Shown: positions 18,501 to 27,610 of the stretch, in pieces
Numbering within the stretch: position 1 is the stretch's first letter
Layout of the letters: every line of letters begins with the position of its first letter
Assembly: GCA_031370785.1 (NCBI GenBank)
Contig: JANMQY010000061.1
Location: 1-64,000, forward strand
Length of the DNA: 64,000 nucleotides
Direction of reading: 5' to 3'
DNA from: Candidatus Eiseniibacteriota bacterium
GTDB taxonomy: Bacteria; Eisenbacteria; RBG-16-71-46
Notes under the pieces: generated by a model
Database searches by the model: none
What the model was told of the DNA's origin: nothing
The model's input: the letters and a program-made list of their open reading frames with translations, nothing else
Made by a program: the position numbers and the translations under genes

Positions 18501-21500
18501 GGCCCGTTCATCGTGCTGTGGAGCGCGGCCCCGGCGATCGCGCGCTGGATCAGTCTGCCGCCGCGGGCTCCCGGGGCCGCGCGAATCTCGGCTTCGGACC
18601 GGCGCATCCTGCGCTCGACCGCACGCCGCACCTGGAGTTTCTTCGAGACGTTCGTCACCGACGAGGATCACTCGCTCCCCCCCGACAATTTTCAGGAGGA
18701 TCCCTCGCCGGTGGTGGCGCACCGCACCTCGCCGACCAATCTCGGCCTGTATCTGCTCTCGACCCTCGCGGCGCGCGACTTTGGATGGATCGGCACACTG
18801 GAGGCGGTCGATCGGCTGGAGGCCACGCTCGCCAGCATGGGCCGGCTCGAGCTGTATCGCGGCCACTTCTACAACTGGTACGACACACGCGAGCTTCGAC
18901 CGCTCGAGCCGCGTTACATCTCGACTGTCGACAGCGGCAACCTCGCCGGACACCTGCTGGTCGTGATGCAGAGCTGCCGCGAGCTGCTGAACGCTCCGTT
19001 CGTGGGAACGCGGGTCTTCAGTGGTGTCGAGGATGCGCTCCTCCTGCTGCGTGCCGCGCGCGTGGACTCACCGCGCGCGCGCAGCGCGCTCCGGACTCAG
19101 CTCGGCCGCGCGATCGAAGCGCTGACCTCCTTGCTGGCTGCGGCTCCCACCGATGCCGCAGGCTGGACCGAGCGATTCGTCGAGCTGAGGGCGCGCTCCA
19201 GCGTGGTCTCGGATCTCGCGACCATGCTCGCGCTCGAGCGCGGAGAGCTGGCGGGCTCGGAATTGCAGCGGTGGGCGGAGGCGGCAAGGGCCTGCATTGA
19301 AAGCCAGGCGCGTGACGCTGCCATGTTCATTCCGCTGTTGCGGCTGGATCCGGAGACCCGCGCGAGCCTGGGCACCGGCCCATTGCTGGTGTCGGCCGGC
19401 TGGGCGGCGATCGAGCCGCTGCTCCGGACCATGCCGTCGCTCACGGACGCTCCCGAGCGCTTCGGCGCTGCCGCGCGCGAGCTCGACGCGATCCGCTCGG
19501 AGCTGCTGCACAGCGATCCGGCGAACCGTCGCGAGATCGGGTGGGTCGATGCGCTCACCCAATCGCTGCGGCGCTCGGTCGCCGAGGCGACCACGCTGAT
19601 CCGCCGCCTGTCGGCGATCGCGCAGACCGCGGAGAACACCTTTCAGGCGACGGACTTCACTTTCCTGTTCGAACGCACGCGCAAGCTGTTCTCGATCGGC
19701 TACCGACTGATCGACGGCACTCTCGATCCGGGTTTCTACGACCTGCTGGCCTCTGAGGCGCGCCTCACCAGCTTCATCGCGATCGCCAAGGGGGACGTTC
19801 CCTCGCCACACTGGTTCCACCTCGGCCGCGCACTGACGCCGGTGAGCCATGGCTCGGCCCTGATCTCGTGGTCGGGCTCGATGTTCGAATACCTGATGCC
19901 CGAGCTGGTGATGCGCTCGCCGGCGGGAAGCCTGCTGCGGCAGACGTGCGAGCGCGTGGTGCGGCGGCAGATCGAATACGGCGCCGAGCGCGGCGTCCCG
20001 TGGGGGGTCTCGGAGTCGGCCTACAACGTGCGGGACCTTCACCTCACCTACCAGTATTCGAACTTCGGCGTGCCCGGGCTGGGTCTGCAGCGCGGACTCA
20101 GCGAGGCGATCGTGGTCGCTCCGTATGCCACCGCACTTGCCGCGATGCTCGATCCGGTCGCGGCCACGAGCAATCTGGCACGGATCACCGGAATCGGGGG
20201 CCGGGGAACCTATGGCTTCTACGAAGCACTCGACTTCACCGATACCCGTCTGCCTCCGGAGCAGGATGTCGCGATCGTGCGCGCATACATGGCGCACCAT
20301 CAGGGCATGACGCTGGTGTCGCTGCTTAATGCCTTGCACGAGGGCGCGATGCGAACCCGATTCCACTCGGAGCCGATCGTCAAGGCCACCGAGCTGCTCC
20401 TGCAGGAACGCACCCCGCGCGACGTGCTGGTCGCGAGACCGCGCGTCGAAGAGGTGTCGACCGCCGGCCACGTGCGCGAGCTGATGGCGCCGGTGCTGCG
20501 CCGGTTCACCACCCCGCACGAGTCGGTCCCGCGCACGCATCTGCTCTCGAACGGGCGCTACACCGTCATGCTCACCGCGGCCGGCTCGGGATACAGCCGC
20601 TGGGGCGATCTCGCGGTCACCCGCTGGCGCGAGGATGCCACGCGCGACAACTGGGGCTCATACGTGTTTCTCAGGGACGCGCGGACGGGCAATGTCTGGT
20701 CGGCGGGATACCAGCCTTCGTGCGTCGCGGCGGACGCCTACGAGGCCACCTTCTCTGAGGACCACGCCGAGATCGTGCGGCGCGATCGCGGCCTCATCAC
20801 CACGCTCGAGGTCGTCGTCTCGCCCGAGGACGATGCCGAGGTGCGGCGCGTGTCGGTCACCAACCTCGACATGCGCACCCGCGACATCGAGGTCACTTCC
20901 TACGCCGAGCTGTGCCTCTCCCCTCAGGCCGCCGATCTCGCACACGCGGCGTTCACCAATCTCTTCGTGCAGACCGAATTCATGCCCGAGCACTGCGCCC
21001 TGCTCGCGACCCGGCGAAGGCGCAGCATGGCCGACGCCGAGGTGTGGGCCGCACATCTGGCGATCGTCGAGGGCGAGACCTGTGCCGACATGCAGTACGA
21101 GACCGATCGCGAGCGCTTTCTCGGGCGAGGGCACGGAGTGCGCGATCCGATCGCGATGAACGACGGGCGTCCGCTGTCCAATACCGTCGGCTCGGTGCTC
21201 GATCCGATGATGAGCCTGCGCTGCACGCTGCGCATCCCCGCGGGCGGGACCGCCCGGGTCGTGTTCTCGACCATGGTCGCATCCTCGCGCGAGCAGGTGG
21301 TGGAGCTTGCCGAGAAATACCGCGATGCGCGCGTCTTCGAGCGCACCATGGCGCGAGCCTGGACGCAGGCGCAGGTCCAGCTCCATCACCTCGGCATCCG
21401 GCCCGACGAGGCGAACGTGTTCCAGCGGCTGGCCAATGGCCTGATCTATTCGGACCCCTCGCTGCGCCCTTCGTCCGATGTGCTCGCGCGCAGCACGCTG

Positions 21501-24377
21501 CCGGTCTCCTCGCTGTGGGCGCACGGCATCTCGGGAGACCGCCCCATCGTGCTGGCGCGCATCGACGACGCGGAGGACATCGAGATCATCCGTCAGCTAC
21601 TGCGCGCACACGAGTACTGGCGCATCAAGGGATTGTGGGCCGACGTCGTCATCATCAACGAACACCCGCCCTCGTACGCGCAGGAGCTGCAGAACTCGCT
21701 GGCCGCGCTGGTGCGCGGCAGCCAGCAGCGGCTCTCCGCCGATTCGTCGGGAGTGCGCGGCAATCTGTTCCTGCTGCGCGCCGACCTGATCTCCGAAGAG
21801 GAGCGCGTTCTGCTCCAGACCGTCGCGCGCGCGGTGCTGCTCAGCCGGCGCGGCACGCTGTTCGAGCAGGTCTTTCGATCGCAGCGCACCGAAGCCCCGG
21901 CGGCTCCAGCGGCGACTCCGGCCCGATTCGAAAAGCGCCAGAGCGCGCCAGCGCCGGCGCCGGATCTGGAGTTCTTCAACGGACTGGGCGGTTTCGCCAA
22001 CCAGGGCCGCGAATACGTGATCGTGCTCGCCGATGGCCAGCGCACACCGCGCCCGTGGATCAACGTGGTCGCAAATCCGGTGTTCGGCTTTCTCGCCTCG
22101 GAATCGGGATCCGGTTTCACGTGGTCGCTCAACAGTCACGAGAACCGGCTCACGCCCTGGTCGAACGATCCGGTCGGCGATCCCGCGGGCGAGGCGATCT
22201 ATCTCCGCGATGAAGAGAGCGGCGAGGTGTGGACTCCGACCGCTCTGCCGATCCGCGACGAGTCGGCTTCCTACATCGCGCGCCACGGTCAGGGCTACAG
22301 CCGCTTCCGGCACGCCTCGCACGGCATCGTGCTCGATCTGCTGCAATTCGTGCCGGCCGAGGATTCGATCAAGATCTCGCGGCTGGTGGTGGAGAATCGC
22401 TCCAACCGCTCGCGCCGCCTTTCGGTCACGGCCTACGTCGAGTGGGTGCTCGGCGCCTCGCGCGGCGACCCGACCCCGCACGTCATTACCGGAATCGACC
22501 CGCAGACCGGAGCGCTGTTCGCGCGGAGCTCGTGGGGCGGCGAATTCGGCGGTCGCATCGCCTTTGCGGATCTCGCCGGGCGTCAGACTTCGTGGACCGG
22601 GGACCGGACCGAATTCCTCGGCCGCAATGGCGATTTGGCGCGACCCCGCGCGCTGGAAGGAGGCCTGCGGCTCTCGGGCAGGGTCGGAGCCGGACTCGAT
22701 TCGTGTGCGGCGCTCCAGACCACGCTGGAGCTGCGCCCCGGCGCGCGCGCCGAGATCGTCATCTTCCTCGGCCAGACCGAGAACCCAGAGCGCGCCCGCG
22801 AGCTGCTGCAGCGTTATCGCACCGCGAACCTGGACGAGGTGGTGCGTGAGGTGGTGGGCCGCTGGGACGACCTGCTGAGCATGGTGCAGGTCACTACGCC
22901 CGAGCCGTCCATGAATCTGCTGCTCAATCGCTGGCTTCTGTATCAGACCCTGAGCTGCCGCATCTGGGCGCGCGCGGCGTTCTACCAGGCGGGCGGCGCG
23001 TACGGCTTCCGAGACCAGCTGCAGGACGTAATGGCGCTGAGCGCCACGAGGCCGGCCCTCACTCGCGAGCATCTCCTGCGCGCCGCGGCGCGCCAGTTTG
23101 TCGAAGGCGACGTGCAGCACTGGTGGCATCCGCCATCGGGCCGCGGCGTGCGCACGCGCATCAGCGATGACCTGTTGTGGCTGCCCTACGCCGTCTCGCG
23201 GTACGTCGAGGCCAGCGGCGACCATTCGGTGCTCGATGAAGTCGTTTCGTTCCTCGAGGGCGATGCGCTCGCCGAGGGACAGGACGAATCCTACTTCCAG
23301 CCGCGGCTCTCCCAGATCCGCGAGTCGCTGTTCGAGCATTGCGCACGCGCGCTGGATCGCAGCCTCGCCGTCGGCAGCCACGGTCTGCCGCTGATGGGCA
23401 CCGGCGACTGGAACGACGGCATGAATCGCGTCGGCCGCGAAGGCCGGGGCGAGAGCATCTGGCTGGGCTGGTTCCTGCACCAGAATCTGCACGAGTTCGT
23501 GAAGCTCGCGAGCGAGCGCGGGGAGCATGATCGTGCGCTGCGCTGGCAATCCCACATGGAGCTGCTCGCCGTCGCGCTCGAGCGCGAAGCATGGGACGGG
23601 GAATGGTACCGGCGCGCCTACTTCGACGACGGCACGCCGCTCGGCAGCTCGCAAAACGACGAGTGCAAGATCGACTCGATCGCCCAGTCGTGGGGTGTGC
23701 TGAGCGGCGTCGCAGACCCGGAGCGCGCCGCCAGGGCGATGAGCGCCGTCGATCGACTTCTGGTGCGTCGAGCCGAGCGGCTGATCCTGCTGTTCACGCC
23801 GCCGTTCGATCGCACGCCGCTCGATCCGGGATATATCAAGGGCTACGTGCCGGGCATTCGGGAGAACGGCGGGCAGTACACACACGCCGCGGTGTGGACC
23901 GTCCTCGCCTTCGCCAGACTCGAGGATGGGGACAGGGCAGGCGAGCTATTCCAGATGCTGAATCCGATCACCCACACCGGCACGCCGGCCGACGTCGAGC
24001 GCTACGGAGCCGAGCCCTACGCGGTGGCGGCCGACGTCTATGCCGAGCCTCCGCACGTGGGACGCGGCGGCTGGACCTGGTACACGGGCGCCGCGGGCTG
24101 GCTGTATCGCGCCGGCATTGAATCCATCCTCGGGCTACACGTGCACGGCGCGGCGCTGGGGATCGATCCGTGCATTCCCACGGCGTGGCCGAGCTACACG
24201 ATCCGGCTGCGCTTCCATTCGGCGACCTACGAGATCAGCGTCGAGAATCCCGACCACGTCTCGCGCGGCGTGGTGCGGACGGAGCTCGACGGAAAGTCGC
24301 TGGCCTGCAGCCGCGACATTCCACTTGCGGACGACGCGGCGGTGCATCGGGTGCTCATCGTGCTCGGGCGCTCCTGA
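15531..24377 (+). CDS. ndvB: Cyclic beta-1,2-glucan synthase (NdvB/ChvB/Cgs; GT84 plus GH94 phosphorylase domains)
   Basis: ~2950 aa; TPAAEWLVDNF, WMGWERKRGKL, YVITLDADT, LSHDLFEG, RQHRWARGDWQ, SWSGSMFEYLMP, GAYGFRDQLQD, GDWNDGMN, ENGGQYTHAA; start uncertain (AAGGAG before TTG 15531). Confidence 0.9.
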   Translation: MAQIEAPEQRPPAFDGHAVSPGEALGAASFIDEPIRAEIFGVERFEQHAESLAAAQVVSDSTRGRPLSPRVLENGRVLLQCYRTIALAIRQKQSITPAAEWLVDNFHVVDEQIREIRDDLPAGFYRQLPKLASGHLQGYPRVYGVAWAFIAHTDSRFDPELLRRFVAAYQRVQPLTIGELWAVAITLRMVLVENLRRIAERIISNRAAREEADALADSLLSEDEGATGRATAALELLAKTPLATAFVVQLIQRLRDLDPKVLPMLHWLDQRLATEGTSADDVVRAEHQRQAGSSVTVRNIITSMRLMSAFDWSDFFESVSLVDGVLTSGSDFASMDFATRDRYRHAIEELARGSSHTELEVARRSVANAARARLATNGDEPADPVRRGDPGYYLISRGRASFERELGFRVSVGGALLRAYVWAAVPGYLGTIVLGTAAIMAVPLLRCLDEGVPTANLVLLGLLVVVPASDLAIALLHHVVTQLLGPRPLPRLELREGVPKELRTLVVMPTLLTGRATIEEQVERLEVHFLANPDGDLRFALLSDWADAPSETQPADQELLSIAAGGIERLNERHGPAPGGGERFLLFHRRRVWNERERKWMGWERKRGKLRELNHLLRGSTNTTFLPVEGRPPETAPDVRYVITLDADTRLPRGAAIRLIGTMAHPLNRPRFDERNGCVVEGYAIVQPRITPALPTDHEGSLFQKAFSGPCGMDPYASAVSDVYQDLFQEGSYTGKGIYEIDAFEAALGCRVPENAMLSHDLFEGILARAALASDVELFEEYPAHFEAAAARQHRWARGDWQLLPWILRSAPSTAGDRAPSAISVIGRWKMLDNLRRSLSAPTAFLTLIAGWFLVPSTAMVWTGFILTTIAVPALLAFMAGLEPRRSGISLRSHFRGVLSDLAIGVSQFALSVTFLAHQSWLMLDAILRTLVRLFITRRSLLEWVTAAQSTYAGEFDLAGFYRRMAGGVALGAAAGVALVLERPSVWPVVGPFIVLWSAAPAIARWISLPPRAPGAARISASDRRILRSTARRTWSFFETFVTDEDHSLPPDNFQEDPSPVVAHRTSPTNLGLYLLSTLAARDFGWIGTLEAVDRLEATLASMGRLELYRGHFYNWYDTRELRPLEPRYISTVDSGNLAGHLLVVMQSCRELLNAPFVGTRVFSGVEDALLLLRAARVDSPRARSALRTQLGRAIEALTSLLAAAPTDAAGWTERFVELRARSSVVSDLATMLALERGELAGSELQRWAEAARACIESQARDAAMFIPLLRLDPETRASLGTGPLLVSAGWAAIEPLLRTMPSLTDAPERFGAAARELDAIRSELLHSDPANRREIGWVDALTQSLRRSVAEATTLIRRLSAIAQTAENTFQATDFTFLFERTRKLFSIGYRLIDGTLDPGFYDLLASEARLTSFIAIAKGDVPSPHWFHLGRALTPVSHGSALISWSGSMFEYLMPELVMRSPAGSLLRQTCERVVRRQIEYGAERGVPWGVSESAYNVRDLHLTYQYSNFGVPGLGLQRGLSEAIVVAPYATALAAMLDPVAATSNLARITGIGGRGTYGFYEALDFTDTRLPPEQDVAIVRAYMAHHQGMTLVSLLNALHEGAMRTRFHSEPIVKATELLLQERTPRDVLVARPRVEEVSTAGHVRELMAPVLRRFTTPHESVPRTHLLSNGRYTVMLTAAGSGYSRWGDLAVTRWREDATRDNWGSYVFLRDARTGNVWSAGYQPSCVAADAYEATFSEDHAEIVRRDRGLITTLEVVVSPEDDAEVRRVSVTNLDMRTRDIEVTSYAELCLSPQAADLAHAAFTNLFVQTEFMPEHCALLATRRRRSMADAEVWAAHLAIVEGETCADMQYETDRERFLGRGHGVRDPIAMNDGRPLSNTVGSVLDPMMSLRCTLRIPAGGTARVVFSTMVASSREQVVELAEKYRDARVFERTMARAWTQAQVQLHHLGIRPDEANVFQRLANGLIYSDPSLRPSSDVLARSTLPVSSLWAHGISGDRPIVLARIDDAEDIEIIRQLLRAHEYWRIKGLWADVVIINEHPPSYAQELQNSLAALVRGSQQRLSADSSGVRGNLFLLRADLISEEERVLLQTVARAVLLSRRGTLFEQVFRSQRTEAPAAPAATPARFEKRQSAPAPAPDLEFFNGLGGFANQGREYVIVLADGQRTPRPWINVVANPVFGFLASESGSGFTWSLNSHENRLTPWSNDPVGDPAGEAIYLRDEESGEVWTPTALPIRDESASYIARHGQGYSRFRHASHGIVLDLLQFVPAEDSIKISRLVVENRSNRSRRLSVTAYVEWVLGASRGDPTPHVITGIDPQTGALFARSSWGGEFGGRIAFADLAGRQTSWTGDRTEFLGRNGDLARPRALEGGLRLSGRVGAGLDSCAALQTTLELRPGARAEIVIFLGQTENPERARELLQRYRTANLDEVVREVVGRWDDLLSMVQVTTPEPSMNLLLNRWLLYQTLSCRIWARAAFYQAGGAYGFRDQLQDVMALSATRPALTREHLLRAAARQFVEGDVQHWWHPPSGRGVRTRISDDLLWLPYAVSRYVEASGDHSVLDEVVSFLEGDALAEGQDESYFQPRLSQIRESLFEHCARALDRSLAVGSHGLPLMGTGDWNDGMNRVGREGRGESIWLGWFLHQNLHEFVKLASERGEHDRALRWQSHMELLAVALEREAWDGEWYRRAYFDDGTPLGSSQNDECKIDSIAQSWGVLSGVADPERAARAMSAVDRLLVRRAERLILLFTPPFDRTPLDPGYIKGYVPGIRENGGQYTHAAVWTVLAFARLEDGDRAGELFQMLNPITHTGTPADVERYGAEPYAVAADVYAEPPHVGRGGWTWYTGAAGWLYRAGIESILGLHVHGAALGIDPCIPTAWPSYTIRLRFHSATYEISVENPDHVSRGVVRTELDGKSLACSRDIPLADDAAVHRVLIVLGRS

Positions 24378-25671
24378 TCAGTCTCGCCAGCACGACCGCG
24401 GTGCGCTTCGCCTGCACCGCGAGCGTGCCGAGGTCCGCGGTCTCTCTCACGGTGTGCCCGCCGTCGCCCTTGAGCCCCATGGCGTCGATCGCCATCTCGA
24501 CGTGCCCCTCCGCGAACGAGACGTCCGCGGCGCCGGCGCGGGCAGGGTCCACCGGCTCGACCGGGCCCTGCCCGAGATCGCGGCTGGCGGCATCCACCAT
24601 CGCGAGCAGCCGGCGATTCCCCTGGCTCGGTGCCAGCGGCGGATAGCCGTCGTCGAATTCGATCGACGCGCCCGCGTGCGGCGGGCTGGCGGCGACGATG
24701 TGGCGCATCGCGGCCTTCGCCCACTCACGCTGCGCGACGCTCAACGTGCGCAGGTCGCCGCTCACCACGGTGCTCTCGGCGATCACGTTGTTCTTTCCGA
24801 ACGCGGTCCCCCGGTTCTCGCTCTCGTCGAAGGTGACTGCCGTCCCGCCGACGATCGCGCCGGGATTCACCGTCAGGTACGGCTCGTGCGATAGCGAGTC
24901 ATGGAATGCGGCGAGAATTCGCGCCGCCTCGTACACCGCGCCGCTGCCGATCTCGTCGCGAAAGATCAGCGAGGAGTGTGCGGGCTGCCCCGAGACACGC
25001 AGCACCCAGCCGCCTGCGCCGCGCCGCGCGATCACCACGTGACGCGGATCGCCGTCGCCGTCCTCGAACCCGATCGCGAGGTCGGCCCATTCGGCGGCCT
25101 GCACCAGGTCCCGGCGCGCGAGCTCGAGCGGCTCACCCGAATGCTCCTCGTCGCCGGTGAGCACGGCGGTGACCGAGATCCGGTTCAGCAACCCGACATC
25201 GGCCAGCGCCCGGAGCGCGGTCAGCATGACGACGTCTCCGCCCTTCATGTCGATCACGCCCGGGCCGCGGGCAGAGGTCTCGCTGAGGCGCTCAAAGCGC
25301 TGGAACGGGCTGTCCTTCTCGAACACAGTGTCGAGATGCCCGATGAGAAGCACCTTCGGGGCGCCGGCGCGCCCGTCGCGACGCGCGACGAAGTGTCCGG
25401 CCCGGCCCCACGCGGCGCCGCCGATCCAGCGGGTCTTGAATCCGAGGGCCTCGAAGGCCGGCCGAAAACATTCCGCGACCGCGCGCACGCCTTCGAAGTT
25501 CATGGTGCCGCTGTTGAGATTGACGGCGCGCTCGAGCAATGCGAGCGCCGCGGGTGTCTGGTGGTCGACCGACGCCACGATCCGACGCTCGTCGGGTGTG
25601 AGCCCGGCGGGCAGGGCAAGTCCGGGGGCGAGCAAAGTGAGCAAGAGCGAAAGCGCGAGAGCGGCCTTCAT
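24355..25671 (-). CDS. M20 family metallopeptidase (carboxypeptidase G2-like), exported
   Basis: IGHLDTVF, GPGVIDMKGG, TGDEE, GGHTVRE; signal peptide. Confidence 0.88.
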   Translation of the reverse strand: MKAALALSLLLTLLAPGLALPAGLTPDERRIVASVDHQTPAALALLERAVNLNSGTMNFEGVRAVAECFRPAFEALGFKTRWIGGAAWGRAGHFVARRDGRAGAPKVLLIGHLDTVFEKDSPFQRFERLSETSARGPGVIDMKGGDVVMLTALRALADVGLLNRISVTAVLTGDEEHSGEPLELARRDLVQAAEWADLAIGFEDGDGDPRHVVIARRGAGGWVLRVSGQPAHSSLIFRDEIGSGAVYEAARILAAFHDSLSHEPYLTVNPGAIVGGTAVTFDESENRGTAFGKNNVIAESTVVSGDLRTLSVAQREWAKAAMRHIVAASPPHAGASIEFDDGYPPLAPSQGNRRLLAMVDAASRDLGQGPVEPVDPARAGAADVSFAEGHVEMAIDAMGLKGDGGHTVRETADLGTLAVQAKRTAVVLARLIRSARAR

Positions 25672-25745
25672 GCGGGCCACATGATGCGTGGAATCATGTG
25701 GCGGAGCAAGACGAGTAGCACCGCCCCCGCGCACCGCATCGGCGA

Positions 25746-25903
25746 TCAGTGCTCCTTTCGAGTCCTGGCGCTCGGGTGCCTCTTCGCCGGCACCTTCGCG
25801 CCCTTCTCCTCGCCTCGGAGAGACCGATCGCAATCGCCTGCCTGCGGCTCTCGACCTTCGCGGCGTATTCGCGCCGTCCATTCGCGCCAGATGACAGCAC
25901 CAT
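25746..25903 (-). pseudogene. Frameshifted remnant of a small basic DUF6496-like stress protein
   Basis: KVESRRQAIAIGLSEAR in one frame continues as KGAKVPAKR in another (1-nt loss near 25805); N-terminus not recognisable. Confidence 0.55.
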
Positions 25904-25996
25904 TCATGCTGCGCGATTCATGACGCCCCGGGAGCCGAAACTTTCCGGCGTGGCCGCCTGCGGGCGAGTCGCCCGTGTAAACCGACGCCGGAATAT

Positions 25997-26009
25997 TGTA
26001 GGCACTACA
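25997..26009. promoter_or_regulatory. Palindromic enhancer (UAS) candidate TGTA-N5-TACA
   Basis: TGTAGGCACTACA; half-site TGTAA 21 bp upstream (25976). Confidence 0.6.
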
Positions 26010-26066
26010 TCCGAACATCCTGCCGAACGGCCGCAATGCCTAGCTAGTGGCGCGCATTTATCCATA

Positions 26067-26081
26067 TGGCACAGAACCTGC
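26067..26081 (+). promoter_or_regulatory. sigma54 -24/-12 promoter
   Basis: TGGCACAGAACCTGC. Confidence 0.72.
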
Positions 26082-26179
26082 CTATGGCCATCTGCGATAT
26101 CAGCGGCACGAGTTGCGAGCGGGTGCTCGCAAACCCTCGAGAGGGTTCCATGTCGGCATCAATTCCGGAGGCTCTCACC

Positions 26180-26578
26180 ATGAGTTCACGGTCGCGCGGA
26201 GTGACTTTCGAAATTCAGGAGAGAGAGAGCATCCCCTCCGCCGGATACGTGAGCGTCCTTCATCCGACGGAGTACCGCCTCTTCAGTGACCAGGCGCTGG
26301 TCGACCTCACTCGCGCGGGCAACAACACCGCATTTGATGAGCTGGTCGAGCGCTATTGCACCTGTATTTACGGCTTCGCTCTCTCCGTGCTCAAGAACGA
26401 GGACGACGCCGGGGATGCGCTGTGCCGGGCCTTCCTGGCCGCGCGCAATGACATTCATTCGGTCGGCGGACAGTGCTCGCCGGGAACCTGGCTCTACCTG
26501 CATGGACTGCGCGCCGTGTTTCAGACGTTGAGCCCCGCGCGCGGCCGATACTCGATCGTGGACGGCGCGGGCGACTGA
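26180..26578 (+). CDS. ECF sigma factor region-2-only protein (paralog B), no region 4
   Basis: SDQALVDLTRAGNNTAFDELVERYCTCIYGFALSVLKNEDDA...GTWLYLHGLRAVF; GGAGG RBS (alternative start 26150). Confidence 0.7.
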   Translation: MSSRSRGVTFEIQERESIPSAGYVSVLHPTEYRLFSDQALVDLTRAGNNTAFDELVERYCTCIYGFALSVLKNEDDAGDALCRAFLAARNDIHSVGGQCSPGTWLYLHGLRAVFQTLSPARGRYSIVDGAGD

Positions 26579-26753
26579 AGCCAGCACCCCGAAACTCGTG
26601 GCAGAGTTGCGAGCCCTCGTCGCAACCGGGCGGCAGGCGATTCTGCAAAACTGCCCCCGTATCGCAGCAGCTCTTTCAATTCCTCGCCGGCCGAAGTTCC
26701 GATCGCTCCCCGAAGCGCCTGTTGCGACTCCGCTTTCGTTCGCGGGATTCGGA

Positions 26754-26768
26754 TGGCATGGAGGATGC
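26754..26768 (+). promoter_or_regulatory. sigma54 -24/-12 promoter
   Basis: TGGCATGGAGGATGC(A), ~100 bp before the yciF ATG. Confidence 0.62.
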
Positions 26769-26866
26769 AGTCTCAACGCACTGAGGTGACGGCATTGCAC
26801 CTCTCAAAGGCCGAAGCGGTCGTACGGTGATGTGACGCAGCATTCCAATCCCTGAGGAGGTAAGGC

Positions 26867-27370
26867 ATGGCGGACAAGACTTTCGAGGAGCTCTTCATCG
26901 ACGAACTCAAGGACATCCATGACGCCGAGCACCGAATGGTGAAGGCGCTACCGAAGTTGATCAAGAACGCCAGCTCGAAGGAGCTGAGCACGGCCCTCAA
27001 GGAGCATCTCGGTCAGACCGAAGAGCATGTCCTGCGCCTCGACAAGGCATTCGAGCAGCTCGACGAGAAGCCGGGTTCGAAGGTCTGTGAGGCGATGAAG
27101 GGTCTGCTCGAGGAGGCTGAGGATCTCCTTCAAGAGTCGAACGATCCGGCGGTGAAGGATGCCGCGATCATCGCAGCGGCTCAGAAGGTCGAGCACTACG
27201 AGATGGCGACCTACGGAACGCTTCGCGAGTGGGCCCGGCAGCTGGGGTTCGACGAGGTTGCTTCCACGCTTCAGAAGACGCTGGACGAAGAGGAAATGGC
27301 TGACAAGAAGCTCACGCTGATCGCTGAGAGCCGCAACTACGCAGCGGCCACCGAGAGTCGCAGGAAGTAG
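26867..27370 (+). CDS. yciF: YciE/YciF ferritin-like stress protein (DUF892)
   Basis: ELFIDELKDIHDAE, CEAMKGLLEE, AIIAAAQKVEHYEMATYGTL; GAGGAGG RBS. Confidence 0.92.
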   Translation: MADKTFEELFIDELKDIHDAEHRMVKALPKLIKNASSKELSTALKEHLGQTEEHVLRLDKAFEQLDEKPGSKVCEAMKGLLEEAEDLLQESNDPAVKDAAIIAAAQKVEHYEMATYGTLREWARQLGFDEVASTLQKTLDEEEMADKKLTLIAESRNYAAATESRRK

Positions 27371-27465
27371 GGAAAGCGCAGCCCGGAACCTCGTCAAGCG
27401 TTGTCCTCGGGCGGCACACCGGTCCATCGACGTGCGGCGCGGACTGCGCTACCGGGGGATTCGGC

Positions 27466-27496
27466 CTGGGGCCGGCATCGCAAGGTGCCGGCCCAG
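27466..27496 (+). other. Stable stem-loop with GCAA tetraloop (terminator or structured RNA)
   Basis: CTGGGGCCGGCATC-GCAA-GGTGCCGGCCCAG. Confidence 0.45.
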
Positions 27497-27610
27497 CTGC
27501 GCTTCGCATGCTACATTGCAACCTCGTTTTCGATGCTGAACCTGATTCATCGCCCGCAAATGCGGGCGCTTCCCGGAACTCAGGCTTGACCCACAGGATC
27601 GGGGCATACG

